DNA of 64,000 bases, taken from the NCBI GenBank assembly GCA_965231215.1, contig OZ246423.1, positions 64,001 through 128,000 on the forward strand, read 5' to 3'. This document shows positions 51,598 through 62,252 of the stretch, piece after piece (positions within the stretch are counted from its first letter, which is position 1; every line of letters starts with the position of its first letter). A model generated the notes under the pieces. That model searched no databases, was not told the origin of the DNA, and saw nothing but the letters and a program-made list of their open reading frames with translations. This DNA comes from Candidatus Altimarinota bacterium (lineage in GTDB: Bacteria; Patescibacteriota; Gracilibacteria; UBA4473). Made by a program: the position numbers and the translations under genes.

Positions 51598-52665
51598 CTA
51601 AATTTTTTCTAGTTCTAACCGGTGAGAATCCGTATTTACTGAAAGGACTTTCCCCGTAAGCGTTTCGCCTTCTTTCACTGCGTTTCCAAGGTCTGTTGCT
51701 TTTTCTACACCAAATTGGCTTAATTCAAAGAGCCCTTGTACGTCTACTTCAATCTCAATAAATACTCCGTTGTCATTCCATCGAGTTACTTTCCCACTTA
51801 CTTCTTGACCATCGCTATATTTTTCAGCGTATTGTAACCAAGGATCTTCAGAAAGTTGTTTGATAGAGAAAGAGAGTTTATCTCCATCTTTTCCAATAAT
51901 GAGTACTTCTACTTTGTCACCAATATTGAAATTTCGTCCAGGATCAGAAACATGACCCCATTCAAGTTCAGACACATGAACCAATCCTTCTACTCCACCA
52001 AAGGTTACAAAGATTCCGAATTTAACGACTCCAGAAACCACACCCTCAACTACATCTCCTATTTGGATGTTTTTGAGCGTTTCTCCCATTTGAGATTCAT
52101 GTGCTAGTTTTTCAGAGATAATAATTTTTCCTTGTTCTCGGTCGACATTCAAGACTCGTACGGCAAATTCTTTACCGATATGGGTCTGAAGACGTTTAAG
52201 AATTTCTCCAGCGTCTGCCCCTTCTACCCGTGGGTAATTCATTGGCATAAGCTGAGAGACTGGGAGGAAAGATTTAAGCCCTTTGTATTTAGCCATAAGG
52301 CCTCCTTTATTGGCTTCTTCAATTTTAACTTTAATGATGCGTTCCTCTTCCATAATAGCGCTGAGCTCGGCCCAAGCGGTGTCTTGAGAAGCTCGTCTCA
52401 GTGAAAGCATTACCAACCCTTGATCATTCTCCGGATCAACGACTGTAGCTTCAATTTGCACTCCCGCTTCAAGCTCTTCCCCTTCAGTGCCAAACCCAGA
52501 AGCTTCACGACGAGTAATAAGCCCCGTAGTGCCACCAGGCAGTTCCATAATTACACGTGATGCATTTGCATCAAGCACCGTTCCCTTTACTGATTCTCCA
52601 GCTTTAAACGATACCAAAGCACCGTCATCTTTTGACAGTAGGTTATCCATTACATTTGTTGCCAT
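51598..52665 (-). CDS. rpsA: Ribosomal protein S1 (four S1 domains)
   Basis: ANKGGL..FLPVSQL, FGIFV..EGLVHVSEL. Confidence 0.9.
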   Translation of the reverse strand: MATNVMDNLLSKDDGALVSFKAGESVKGTVLDANASRVIMELPGGTTGLITRREASGFGTEGEELEAGVQIEATVVDPENDQGLVMLSLRRASQDTAWAELSAIMEEERIIKVKIEEANKGGLMAKYKGLKSFLPVSQLMPMNYPRVEGADAGEILKRLQTHIGKEFAVRVLNVDREQGKIIISEKLAHESQMGETLKNIQIGDVVEGVVSGVVKFGIFVTFGGVEGLVHVSELEWGHVSDPGRNFNIGDKVEVLIIGKDGDKLSFSIKQLSEDPWLQYAEKYSDGQEVSGKVTRWNDNGVFIEIEVDVQGLFELSQFGVEKATDLGNAVKEGETLTGKVLSVNTDSHRLELEKI

Positions 52666-52977
52666 ATTGTTTTACGACGTGAAATTAAAATATTTTTACA
52701 GCTTCCTTCTCCAAATGGGTACACGTCAAAACCAAAATGTTGTCGAAAGCCCAAGAAATTTAGTTTATAAAAGGGAAAAGTCAAATATTTTTAAAGGACA
52801 CAAAAAGGCCTCATTTCGTCCTCTGAATAATTTAAAATACTGTCGAGCTCCACAGACTAACCCTCAAAATCACAGCTTATTTCCATAAGGTTCTCCCTCA
52901 AAAAGAGTTCCATTACCCTAAAAATCAAAGGCTAAAACCACTTGAAGTAAACCGCAAAAAATGTAGTATGTGAGCGA

Positions 52978-54057
52978 ATGCACCCGATAAAATACGACAT
53001 ATACGAGGCAACCAAAAGTTATGAAGAAAACTATAATTTTGGTCCTTTTTTTGAAGGTGAAATTCCAGAAAGAAAGTTAAATCCAGACAAAAAAATCAAA
53101 CTCTGGGATTTTGAGCTAAACTCCCCATTAGGAATTCCTGCAGGCCCTTTACTAAATGCCAAGTGGGTAAAATTTTATGCTCAAATGGGATTTGATGTCC
53201 CCGTATACAAAACAGTGCGAAGTATACCCACTCCAAGCCACCAAGCTCCTAATTGTGTGTACGTAAATCCACCAGAGCAAATTCAACTAGGACATAAGCC
53301 GGATTTAGTGACGACTGACAGACCCCAAAATTTAGAACAACTTACCATTACCAATTCCTTTGGAGTCCCATCGAAAGAACGAAATATCTGGATGGCCGAT
53401 GTACACAAAGCTAATGAAAGTCTAGACGACGGACAAATAATGATACTCTCTTTTATGGGGACCCATGGAGCTGAAGGCCGAGACCTCGTCGCAGACTATG
53501 CCTATACTGCCAGCCTAGCCAAAGAAGCTGGGGGAAAAATTTTGGAAACCAATTATTCCTGTCCTAATCTTTGCGGAAGCAAAGCCGGAGCCCTCTACCA
53601 AGATCCTGAAAGTTCTAGCCAAATATCCAAAGCTATTCGCAAAGCTATAGGCTCTGACCAAAAATTCATCATCAAAATTGGCAACCTTCCCTACGATCAA
53701 CTCAAGGCAGTGGTGAGCGCCAACCTTCCCTATGTAGATGGGATTGCGGGCATAAACACCATGCCCGGGAATGTAAGACACCCCAATGGACAGCAAGCTC
53801 TTCCAGGCAAAGGAAGACTGACCTCTGGCATCTGTGGAGCCAAAATCAAAGCCGTCTCACACAATTTTGTGGAAAACATGGTTCACATAAAATCTGAACT
53901 CAAATCAGACTTTGTAATCTGTGGAGTGGGAGGCATCATGAGCGCCGAAGATTTTAATGACCGCTTAAAGGCTGGAGCTGACATTGCTATGAGTGCTACT
54001 GCCATCATGTGGGATCCCTTCCTCGCCCATCGTTATCACAATAAATATTCCACATAA
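52978..54057 (+). CDS. Dihydroorotate dehydrogenase family protein
   Basis: PLGIPAGP, YKT, TNSFG, NYSCPN, INT, GVGGI. Confidence 0.8.
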   Translation: MHPIKYDIYEATKSYEENYNFGPFFEGEIPERKLNPDKKIKLWDFELNSPLGIPAGPLLNAKWVKFYAQMGFDVPVYKTVRSIPTPSHQAPNCVYVNPPEQIQLGHKPDLVTTDRPQNLEQLTITNSFGVPSKERNIWMADVHKANESLDDGQIMILSFMGTHGAEGRDLVADYAYTASLAKEAGGKILETNYSCPNLCGSKAGALYQDPESSSQISKAIRKAIGSDQKFIIKIGNLPYDQLKAVVSANLPYVDGIAGINTMPGNVRHPNGQQALPGKGRLTSGICGAKIKAVSHNFVENMVHIKSELKSDFVICGVGGIMSAEDFNDRLKAGADIAMSATAIMWDPFLAHRYHNKYST

Positions 54058-54123
54058 CCCCCATTGCGAAGAAATTTTAAAGCTCGGAGTGGCTTTTTTG
54101 GTCATCCCAAAAATGAACAATAC

Positions 54124-55482
54124 TTACTCTAAAGGTGGTAAGAACCGTATTGGATCAGCAAATTTACCATTTTTGAATACCTCAAAATGTAAATGAGGCC
54201 CACTGGTAAAGAAGCCCGCCCCGGGAGTTCCTGGAGCACCTCCAGTCAGCGCAATAACCTCTCCCTGTTCCACTACCTGATCAACCTCTACCAATATTTT
54301 GGATACATGTCCAAAGACCGTAAATAGGTCATTTTCATGCTCTAAAATAACGTAAGAGTACCCAAATCCATTTGAAGCTACTTTTTTGACGCTCCCCGCT
54401 TGAGGCGCATAAACCTCAGTCCCCTGCGGAGCCTCAAGATCAATGCCATCATGGTCCCGCCCAAAAGCCGCTTTATAGGCTTTATCTCTAAACGTAGCTG
54501 AAATATGTATTGGAATCTGTAATGGCCAATAAAGAGGATAGACTTTTAGTTCTTGGGTGGTTTCGGCTATCGGCTCTACTAACTCCGAGTTGACTTCACC
54601 CAAAGTCTCTAATTGCTGCCTTAGATTTTGTAGAAAGATGGTTGATTCTGCCTGCTGGTCTCTGGCTAGCTCTAAAGCATCTTGAGTCTGATACTCATCA
54701 GATTTAATATTCTCAAGCAAACGAGCCTTCCCCTCAGCCATATCTTGTAAGACCAACTTTTCACGAGCAATTTGATCTCCTAGATAAGCCATTCGATTAT
54801 AAAACAGGGCTGCATTTTTTTCTTTATTCTCAAACGCTTTTTTGAGGGATCGAAGCCGGTTAAGTTTTTCTTTTTTTTGAGCTGACTCCGTACTACTTCG
54901 TTTACGATCCTCTACAATACGACTCACTGGGCGCGCTGAAAACAACCACTGCAAAATCGACATCTCTGGAGAACGATCAAAATTCTCTTGTCGAACAAAT
55001 TTTTTACTCATATAAGCACTATATTCTCTCTCTGCCTGTCTCATCTCGGCCCTTAGAGCTGATTTTTCACGAGTAATTTGTTCTAATTCTTTTTTCCATT
55101 GCGCCTCTAAATCCTGATATTTTGTAAGTTTTTCAGTATTAAACCCAATCTGAGTATCCAATAAATAAATTTGGTTTTCCGCCGAATTCCGCTGTGACTG
55201 GATACGCCAGAGATCTTGTTCTTTTTCTCTAATATCGCTCTCAAATTGTTCAAGCACTGCTTCTTCTGTAAAAATCTGCCGGCGTACTTCTGTCGCATCC
55301 AAAGCCTCTAAAAAAACTTGATCTGAATCTTCGTTCAAATCTTCCGTTGATGCTGCCTCAATAAGTGGATCCTGACCACTTCCAAAAAATTTTTCTAACA
55401 ACCCATTAATATCATCACCAATATTGGCCTGAGCCATAAAAGGGAAAACAAGGAACGCACACACAAGGAAAATTCGGGACAT
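54124..55482 (-). CDS. Secreted coiled-coil plus M23 peptidase (EnvC-like architecture)
   Basis: Signal peptide, long coiled coil, HDGID and GPHLHFEV zinc motifs intact. Confidence 0.88.
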   Translation of the reverse strand: MSRIFLVCAFLVFPFMAQANIGDDINGLLEKFFGSGQDPLIEAASTEDLNEDSDQVFLEALDATEVRRQIFTEEAVLEQFESDIREKEQDLWRIQSQRNSAENQIYLLDTQIGFNTEKLTKYQDLEAQWKKELEQITREKSALRAEMRQAEREYSAYMSKKFVRQENFDRSPEMSILQWLFSARPVSRIVEDRKRSSTESAQKKEKLNRLRSLKKAFENKEKNAALFYNRMAYLGDQIAREKLVLQDMAEGKARLLENIKSDEYQTQDALELARDQQAESTIFLQNLRQQLETLGEVNSELVEPIAETTQELKVYPLYWPLQIPIHISATFRDKAYKAAFGRDHDGIDLEAPQGTEVYAPQAGSVKKVASNGFGYSYVILEHENDLFTVFGHVSKILVEVDQVVEQGEVIALTGGAPGTPGAGFFTSGPHLHFEVFKNGKFADPIRFLPPLE

Positions 55483-55546
55483 TTACATTTATTCTACAGA
55501 ACTTTAGGTAAAATCGTGACTCTTTTGCTATGATTTTATACGAAAA

Positions 55547-56188
55547 ATGAGCAAAGCTATTCCTGTACCCATCTTCACCGAAAGGTTAGAAGCCCACTAC
55601 CAAAATGAAATCTGCCATCTAAACTGGGACAAAAATCGGCCTTGGACACTCCTATTTGCCGTCATTATGTCTGCTCAGTGTACGGATAATATGGTGAACA
55701 AAGTAACCGCTAAACTATTCGTCGACTTTCCAGATTTAGAAAGCTATGTCGCTCGCCCTATCGAAACCTTGGAAACCGCTATTAAATCTACAGGGTTTTA
55801 TAGAGCCAAATCTAAAAATCTTAAAAAGTGTGCGGAACAACTCTTACTCTATCACGATGGTCAAGTCCCAGGCACTATGGACGAGCTGGTCAAACTAGCT
55901 GGCGTAGGACGCAAAACCGCTAATGTTATTCTCTGGAATATCTTTAGCAAAAATGTGGGGTTTGTCGTCGACACCCATGTGAGTCGTATTACCCAGCGTA
56001 CAGGGCTAACCAAAAAGAAAACACCCGAAACAATAGAAAAAGACCTCATGAAAAAAATTCCAAAAAATCTCTGGGGAACATCTTCGCATCGTTTAGTACA
56101 ATTTGGGAGAGATTTTTGCAAAGCCCCAAAACCTAAATGTGATGAATGCTTTTTGAATGATGTGTGTCCCAAAAGAGGGGTTAAATAA
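55547..56188 (+). CDS. nth: Endonuclease III
   Basis: SAQCTD, GVGRKTANV, VVDTHV, C-x6-C-x2-C-x5-C. Confidence 0.95.
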   Translation: MSKAIPVPIFTERLEAHYQNEICHLNWDKNRPWTLLFAVIMSAQCTDNMVNKVTAKLFVDFPDLESYVARPIETLETAIKSTGFYRAKSKNLKKCAEQLLLYHDGQVPGTMDELVKLAGVGRKTANVILWNIFSKNVGFVVDTHVSRITQRTGLTKKKTPETIEKDLMKKIPKNLWGTSSHRLVQFGRDFCKAPKPKCDECFLNDVCPKRGVK

Positions 56189-56273
56189 AAAATTCCACAG
56201 GAGAGCGTACTAGGTTTGTACACGTCTGCAGAATTTTTTGTGGAGCGATAGAGTTCGTCCTTTTTTCCTTTTT

Positions 56274-57020
56274 CTAAATAGCCATTCGGATAAATCCAAC
56301 CAACTTGGCTTCACCAAGATATTCCTGAACACTCATACTTGGATCTTTTACAAACGCTTGAGAAGAGAGGGCTTGTTCAGCACAGAATTTTTTAGTTTTT
56401 CCAGCCAAAATGTTATCAATAATGTTTTCTGGTTTCCCTTCCGTAATGAGTTGTTCTCGAGCAATTTTCATTTCAGCATCAATCGCGTCCTGGCTTACAT
56501 CTTCTGGATTAGCTACAAGCGGATTCATAGCCGCCGCATGCATGGCTACATCTCGAGCTTTATCCTCATCACCTCCTTCTAAAGCGACAATCACTCCGAT
56601 TTTTCCATTGGTATGTACATACCCAGCAACGGTATCACCACCTTCAATGCTTTCTGATCCACCAAAGACGATGTTTTCCCCAATCTCTTGGATTTTATCA
56701 GTTTTCACAGCTTCAAAATGACTTTCCGCATCAGCACCTTTATCAGCGAGTTCTTGAGCCAGCGCTTTGAAACTTTCATTTTTAGCAACAAAGTCAGTCT
56801 CACACATAAGTTTTGCAATGGTACGTCCAGAGACAGCTACTAGACCTTCTCCTGTGGATCGGTCAGCTTTTTCAGCGGCTTTGGCCGCGCCTCGTTTTCG
56901 GAGGATTTCAATAGCCGTGTCCATATCACCGTTAGCTTCTTCAAGCGCTTTTTTACAAGCCATCATAGCTACACCGGTTCGGTCTCGGAGTTCTTTTACT
57001 TGGGCAGCACTTACTGTCAT
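56274..57020 (-). CDS. tsf: Elongation factor Ts
   Basis: VKELRDRTG..MACKKAL, CETDFVAKN, GKPENI. Confidence 0.96.
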   Translation of the reverse strand: MTVSAAQVKELRDRTGVAMMACKKALEEANGDMDTAIEILRKRGAAKAAEKADRSTGEGLVAVSGRTIAKLMCETDFVAKNESFKALAQELADKGADAESHFEAVKTDKIQEIGENIVFGGSESIEGGDTVAGYVHTNGKIGVIVALEGGDEDKARDVAMHAAAMNPLVANPEDVSQDAIDAEMKIAREQLITEGKPENIIDNILAGKTKKFCAEQALSSQAFVKDPSMSVQEYLGEAKLVGFIRMAI

Positions 57021-57211
57021 TTTTTAGTTGGGTTAAATTCGCGGCCGAGTGTATTGGTACATCACAAAAAATCAAGGCAATCTAAAAGGGCTCAAAAACA
57101 AGAGCCTTTAAAAATTGGTAACAGGGAGCATTTCAAGGCAATAAAAATATCCCCACCAAATACGTGTATTAAAAACACACGACCGATCGCATTCACGGCT
57201 TTCCCAAACTT

Positions 57212-57715
57212 TTATTTAGCTTGGTTATCCCAATTGAGCAGCTTGGCCACATCGCCAAATCCAGGAATTTTGGTCATTTTCCCTTTGTAGGCTTGAACCA
57301 TTCCAAACAGAGCTAATGAAACCCAAAGCACCGTTACAAAAATATTTGAAGCTAAGAAGTATTTCCCCATAAATTTGGTAAAGATTCCAAAAAGCAAAAA
57401 ACACATAGTAATCACTAATCCCTGTTTCCCATGAAACTGACAAAATTTAGATTCCTGTCTCAGGATCAAAGGCAAAATGCAGGCAAAATGCAGATATCCA
57501 AGCATCCCTAAAATTTTATCTCCTTGCGGAATTTCATCTGGATTCACTTCAGGAATCTGAGTTGGAACGTTATTTTCTTTAGCTATTTGGGCATTGGCTT
57601 GTTGTACTTGCTGAGCCTGAGCCTGAGCTTGAACCGCTTCCTGTTTTTTAGTTTCCACTTGTTCCATTAATTCGGACATAGAAACGCTCTTCTTCGTTTT
57701 TTTAGCAGGAGACAT
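57212..57715 (-). CDS. DUF4870-like membrane protein with a Gln-rich N-terminus
   Basis: LGYL..ILPL, FCQFHGKQGL, AYKGKMTKIP. Confidence 0.7.
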   Translation of the reverse strand: MSPAKKTKKSVSMSELMEQVETKKQEAVQAQAQAQQVQQANAQIAKENNVPTQIPEVNPDEIPQGDKILGMLGYLHFACILPLILRQESKFCQFHGKQGLVITMCFLLFGIFTKFMGKYFLASNIFVTVLWVSLALFGMVQAYKGKMTKIPGFGDVAKLLNWDNQAK

Positions 57716-57782
57716 GTATATTTATTTTTAAATTCACTCCCAATTATACCAGAAGTCTTTTGTTTTCTCAAGCCCTGCAAAA

Positions 57783-57827
57783 GCAAAAAAGCCCAAATTT
57801 CTTAATCTAGAAATAAGGGTTTTTTGC
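57783..57827 (-). terminator. Terminator after rpsB
   Basis: GCAAAAAAGCCC..ATTTCT...AGAAAT.AGGGTTTTTTGC hairpin. Confidence 0.65.
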
Positions 57828-57845
57828 AAATTTTTAAAATAAAAT

Positions 57846-58514
57846 TTAGCTCAAGGCTTCAAGCATTTTATTGAGCATGTACTCAATCGCTTTAACCGCA
57901 TCGTCATTAGCTGGGATAGGATAATCCACGCCTTCTGGATCAGCGTTCGCATCTAAGACAGCAACCGTAGCAATCTTGGCTTTATTAGCTTCATCAATCC
58001 CAATTCGGTCTGTAAAAGCATCCAACACAATAACCGCATCGGGCTTAGACCGCATTTGCGCTACTCCTCCATAAGAGGCTTCTAGTTTTTCTAGGTCTTT
58101 TTTAAACTGAGCGATTTCTTTTTTGGTGTACTTGTTAATTTCTCCACTTTCAAATTGGTCTTTGAGATCAAGGTAGTAATCTACTCTTTTTCGCAGTTCT
58201 TTAAAGTTAGTCAGTAAGCCTGGGGTCCACTTTTTATCTACATAGTAGTACTCATTCGGAGCCACTAGCTCTTGGATTTTCCAAGCAATTTGAGGTTTAG
58301 TTCCTACAAAAAGTACTTTTTTATTTTGAAGCTTGAGCGCTTTCAAAAACTTAGTTGATTTTTCCAAACACGCCTCTGTTTTAGCGAGATCAAAAACCCA
58401 TACCCCATTCTTTTTAGTGTGAAGGTACGTTTTCATTTTTGGATTCCATCGTTCGGCTTTGTGCCCTACATGAACGAGGTTTTCAAACATTTCTTGTGTA
58501 GTGTCTTGTGCCAT
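57846..58514 (-). CDS. rpsB: Ribosomal protein S2
   Basis: VHVGH..RWNPKM, LFVGTK, WTPGLLTN, IPANDD; start placed at MAQDT. Confidence 0.95.
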   Translation of the reverse strand: MAQDTTQEMFENLVHVGHKAERWNPKMKTYLHTKKNGVWVFDLAKTEACLEKSTKFLKALKLQNKKVLFVGTKPQIAWKIQELVAPNEYYYVDKKWTPGLLTNFKELRKRVDYYLDLKDQFESGEINKYTKKEIAQFKKDLEKLEASYGGVAQMRSKPDAVIVLDAFTDRIGIDEANKAKIATVAVLDANADPEGVDYPIPANDDAVKAIEYMLNKMLEALS

Positions 58515-58639
58515 TTTTTTTAAGGTTAAGAAGTGGTTACCACTGCGATTTCTTACATCAGAAATACGTGGAAGGCGCGCGCAATATAAAGAAAGCAGTA
58601 ATTCGTGCAAATGTTTTTTTATAATTATTCTGTTCCTAA

Positions 58640-58802
58640 AAGTTGCCTTGGGAAAACTTTGTCAATCTTCCAAGTGAAATAAACGTAAAAGACTCAACTG
58701 TTTGAACGAATCGATTTTTGAGCCTTTAGTAAATAAACTTCTGGAAGATCCAAAAATTTAAAAGTGCAACGATTTTTTTGGCTCTTTTTCAAAAAAAGGA
58801 TC
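58640..58802. repeat. Structured intergenic repeat family A, copy 2
   Basis: CTCAACTGTTTGAACGAATCGATTTTTGAG at 58693-58722 with nested stems. Confidence 0.7.
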
Positions 58803-59681
58803 TTAGAGAACTATCCTTGGCTGCAAATTACCACTCGCAACCTCCCCTACTCCTACCGTTTCTCCATTCACTAAAACCAGTATTTTTTCACCATTAGGCT
58901 TGTTTCTTAGTGATTCTTCAAAAACCGCTCGCCCACCTTGAAAATCAGGTAAACGCTCTTCAGAAATTTCAATATGATCAAAATTTTTGATCAAAAATTG
59001 AGCGTCTATTAAATCCCCCTCCGAAATTTTCTCTAGAGCCTCAACCACTGGCAATTCAGTCGATTCTAAATCAACATCCCCCACACCTATCCGATGCAAT
59101 GCCTGACACATACCTCCACCGCACAATTGTGTCCCTAGGTCTCTAGCGAAACTTCGCACATAAAACCCTGCCGCCACAGAAAGCTCAATTTCTACTACAG
59201 GAAAATCATAGTCTACCACTTTGACTGAAAAAACTTCTGCCTCTCTAGGTTTCATTTCAACCTCTTTTCCCTGCCTCGCCAGATCATACGCCCTTTTACC
59301 ATTAATTTTTAGCGCTGAATATTTAGGAGGAATTTGATCAATCTTGCCCGTAAATTTATCTTCTAAAATTTTTTGAATTTCCTCTAAAGTAGGCTCAACA
59401 CCATTAAAGACATCTTCAACCGCCGACTCTGGATCAAGGGTTTCAGAAGTTTTTCCGAACAATATTTTTGTTCGATAAACTTTTTGATCCTGCTCTAAAA
59501 AAGGAATCATCTTGGTACACTTTCCTACCGCTACCACCAGTAAACCCGTCGCAAATGGATCAAGCGTTCCCGTGTGTCCTATCCGCTTTACCCCTAAAAG
59601 TTTTCGCGCTTTTGCACATACATCAAAACTCGTCCAACCCACTGGTTTATTTACCAGCAAAAATCCATTGAGGTTTTTCAT
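58803..59681 (-). CDS. truB: tRNA pseudouridine(55) synthase
   Basis: KPVGWTSFD, GHTGTLDPFATG, PPKYSALKING, GFYVRS. Confidence 0.95.
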   Translation of the reverse strand: MKNLNGFLLVNKPVGWTSFDVCAKARKLLGVKRIGHTGTLDPFATGLLVVAVGKCTKMIPFLEQDQKVYRTKILFGKTSETLDPESAVEDVFNGVEPTLEEIQKILEDKFTGKIDQIPPKYSALKINGKRAYDLARQGKEVEMKPREAEVFSVKVVDYDFPVVEIELSVAAGFYVRSFARDLGTQLCGGGMCQALHRIGVGDVDLESTELPVVEALEKISEGDLIDAQFLIKNFDHIEISEERLPDFQGGRAVFEESLRNKPNGEKILVLVNGETVGVGEVASGNLQPRIVL

Positions 59682-59723
59682 CTATTAATTTACAAATAAT
59701 TCGAGCAACAATATACTCATAAT

Positions 59724-60092
59724 ATGTTCAAAGAACTAGGCAATCTTGGATATGATAGAAACTGGGTACAAGCCATGGGTTTTTATATCGCTTATATGCT
59801 TCTAATTATGGCTATAGCTATGGTTTTAGCAATAGGGATCTCCAGAGTTCTTCCTCCAGTTGAGGGTTCTTTTGAAGCTGGGTTTAAATTGGGGGTTCAA
59901 ACCGGCGCTATTATAGCAGGAATAAGTTGTATTGCCTTATCCTTAACCATTCTACATCAAAAAAAGAGAAGTAATGACATCCTGCTTCTACTGCTAGCCT
60001 TATTTTCTGGAGGTATAGGCTTTCTTCTTGGAGCTCTAGGCGGTCTTATTCCCGTCGCTTTTCTAACTACCAGAAAGAAGCTTAAAAAGTAG
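59724..60092 (+). CDS. Small membrane protein
   Basis: 3-4 hydrophobic segments; GFYIAY, GLIPVAFLTT. Confidence 0.65.
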   Translation: MFKELGNLGYDRNWVQAMGFYIAYMLLIMAIAMVLAIGISRVLPPVEGSFEAGFKLGVQTGAIIAGISCIALSLTILHQKKRSNDILLLLLALFSGGIGFLLGALGGLIPVAFLTTRKKLKK

Positions 60093-60199
60093 TATTTTTA
60101 CTTGCACAACACTGTTTTTCGCCTAAATTCACCACGCTTTGCCTACCACAGACAAGTGGTACGCCAATAAGACACTTTATTTCTTAACGTCCAAAAAGC

Positions 60200-60727
60200 A
60201 TGCAAACCTATGAATTGATGGTCATCATTGAGAATTCTCTGGATGAAAAGACCGCAGAAACGCACTACAAAGACCTAAATAGTCGACTTGAAAAAGAATT
60301 TGGAGCTCATGTTGGCTTCAAAGACTTTTGGGGAGCCCGTGGCTTTGCTTACATCATTAAAAAGCAAAAATGGGGTTACTACGCTGTAAGTCAGTTTGAA
60401 ATGGATGGTTCTCACATAACGGAGCTAAAGCGCGAACTAAATCTTGATCAAAAGCTGGTTCGATTCCTTCTCATGAAGGTAGATCAAAGAGCTCCCGCTC
60501 CAAAGCCATACCAAGAAATAAAAGCCGAATACGAAGCGCAAGAAAAAGCGAAAGCCAAAGAAAAATCAGAACCTAAAGAAGACACTCCTAAACCAGGAAA
60601 AAAAGAAAAGCTTACAACTGTAAAAGCCGAAGAACCTAAAGCAGAGGCCCAAAAAGCCGAAGAACCCAAAGATGATGTAGACAAAAAGCTCGATGCTATT
60701 GTCGATGAATCTACAGAAAACCTATAA
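60200..60727 (+). CDS. rpsF: Ribosomal protein S6 with a charged C-terminal extension
   Basis: YELMVII, WGARGFAYII, LVRFLL; upstream of rpsR. Confidence 0.9.
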   Translation: MQTYELMVIIENSLDEKTAETHYKDLNSRLEKEFGAHVGFKDFWGARGFAYIIKKQKWGYYAVSQFEMDGSHITELKRELNLDQKLVRFLLMKVDQRAPAPKPYQEIKAEYEAQEKAKAKEKSEPKEDTPKPGKKEKLTTVKAEEPKAEAQKAEEPKDDVDKKLDAIVDESTENL

Positions 60728-60746
60728 TCACTAATCACCCTTTACT

Positions 60747-60971
60747 ATGCCTCCAAGACCTAAAAAATATATCTGCCCATTTCAAAAATCAGGGATTCAA
60801 TACATTGATTACAAAGATCCTAAAATGCTAGCAGAATACATTACTTACTACCGATCTATTCAGAGTCGTTTCCACACTGGAGTGTCTCTAAAGATGCAAA
60901 AACAGCTTTCTAAAGCGATCAAAAGAGCTCGATTTATGGGACTACTTCCATACGTGAGACACGAAGACTAA
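60747..60971 (+). CDS. rpsR: Ribosomal protein S18
   Basis: IDYKD, TGV..KMQKQLSKAIKRARFMGLLPY. Confidence 0.93.
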   Translation: MPPRPKKYICPFQKSGIQYIDYKDPKMLAEYITYYRSIQSRFHTGVSLKMQKQLSKAIKRARFMGLLPYVRHED

Positions 60972-60995
60972 GAAAATTAGTAAAAAAATATTTAC

Positions 60996-61027
60996 AAAGA
61001 CCTGTCTACAAAGATAGGTCTTTTTTT
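60996..61027 (+). terminator. Terminator after rpsR
   Basis: AAAGACCTGTCT-ACAA-AGATAGGTC followed by a T-run. Confidence 0.75.
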
Positions 61028-61091
61028 GGCTCTCTGGGAGTTGTTTTTGTGCCTTAAGTGTGCTATAATAACCAGATAAATAAACACAAAA

Positions 61092-62246
61092 ATGTTTAAA
61101 AAAATCGCATCACTCATTCCCGGAAAGAAAAAGGCAAATGACGTGCAAAACGTTAAAAAAGTAACCAATACTGCCGACAATATTATTTCAAAAGCCGTTG
61201 CAGACGCCGGTAATATTTCAAATATCACACTCTCAAAAGAAGAACAAAAAGCACTACTTGAACAACGAAAAAAAGTGCCGTTCTACATCATAGTGATGAA
61301 GTATAGCTCTATTTTACTGTTTGCTATACTGTTTGGAGTAGCGCTTTTTGTTAAGGCTGACCTAGACACAAACAACACCTACTTCGGAGCCCTTGGACTA
61401 CAAGATAATACCGGCTCTAAATACAAAAAACTAAAAACAGAAAACAATCAATTCAAAGAAGAAATCAACCGTATTGAATCAGAAACTCAGGAACTTATTA
61501 CCCGAATGGAAGAAGGAAACTACGGTATCTACACCGACCAAATTGATGAAATTAAACAACAACAAAAACACTGGTTTACCGCTTCTGAAATTACAACCAA
61601 CATTGAAACTGGCGAAAGTGAAGTAAAAACTCATTACGGAATCCTTGATGCAGTCAATGAAATGATTGATTTCTTTCAAGATGCAAACTACCAAATCAGG
61701 TATTTTGCCAAAAAAGAGAAAGAACTGCTTGGAGACAAATGGGAAACTTGTAGAAACCCTTATATTTCAGCGGCTAAAAAAGCTGAAATCAAATGTCCTC
61801 CACCAATCATGATTGCCATGAAAAATGAAGTTAATGTGCGAAGTATAAATATTAATCCTACGGGCGCCAATATTAGTGTGAATGTAAGCGATATTTTGAG
61901 CAAAGTATTCACCCTTGGATCTGAATTTGTAGACATGATGAATAGTTTTCCATTTTACCGAGATGGCTCTATCCGAAGTTTTACTCGTAGAAAAGCTTCT
62001 AGTGGTGAAGAAAATATGGAAATTTCACTTCGGCTCGAGTTCCAAGATCAAGGCGAAGACGCAATTCCAGATCCAGCCGATGAAAACTTCCAGTATTTTG
62101 AAGCCTGGAAAAATCTAAACAAAACTATCAACAATACACTCGAACAAGCTAGAGCCCAAAGCGCTAAAAGCCAAAGTGAAAATAGCTCAGCCTCAGAAAA
62201 AAGTTCGGCTCCTAGAACTAGAACTTCTAATACTTCTCGTAACTAA
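61092..62246 (+). CDS. PilN-like bitopic membrane protein
   Basis: One TM, coiled coil, EFVDMMNSFPFY..ISLRLEF; operon with the pilus ATPase. Confidence 0.55.
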   Translation: MFKKIASLIPGKKKANDVQNVKKVTNTADNIISKAVADAGNISNITLSKEEQKALLEQRKKVPFYIIVMKYSSILLFAILFGVALFVKADLDTNNTYFGALGLQDNTGSKYKKLKTENNQFKEEINRIESETQELITRMEEGNYGIYTDQIDEIKQQQKHWFTASEITTNIETGESEVKTHYGILDAVNEMIDFFQDANYQIRYFAKKEKELLGDKWETCRNPYISAAKKAEIKCPPPIMIAMKNEVNVRSININPTGANISVNVSDILSKVFTLGSEFVDMMNSFPFYRDGSIRSFTRRKASSGEENMEISLRLEFQDQGEDAIPDPADENFQYFEAWKNLNKTINNTLEQARAQSAKSQSENSSASEKSSAPRTRTSNTSRN

Positions 62247-62252
62247 TTTAAT

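Noticed and set aside
54124-55482. M23 peptidase and MltG as members of the effector family
   Set aside because: They have a normal signal peptide or TM anchor and lack the family motifs, so they are likely self-wall enzymes
60200-60971. rpsF-rpsR without ssb between them; pheS without adjacent pheT; gene inserted between rpsB and tsf
   Set aside because: Operon rearrangement is common in reduced genomes and not informative alone
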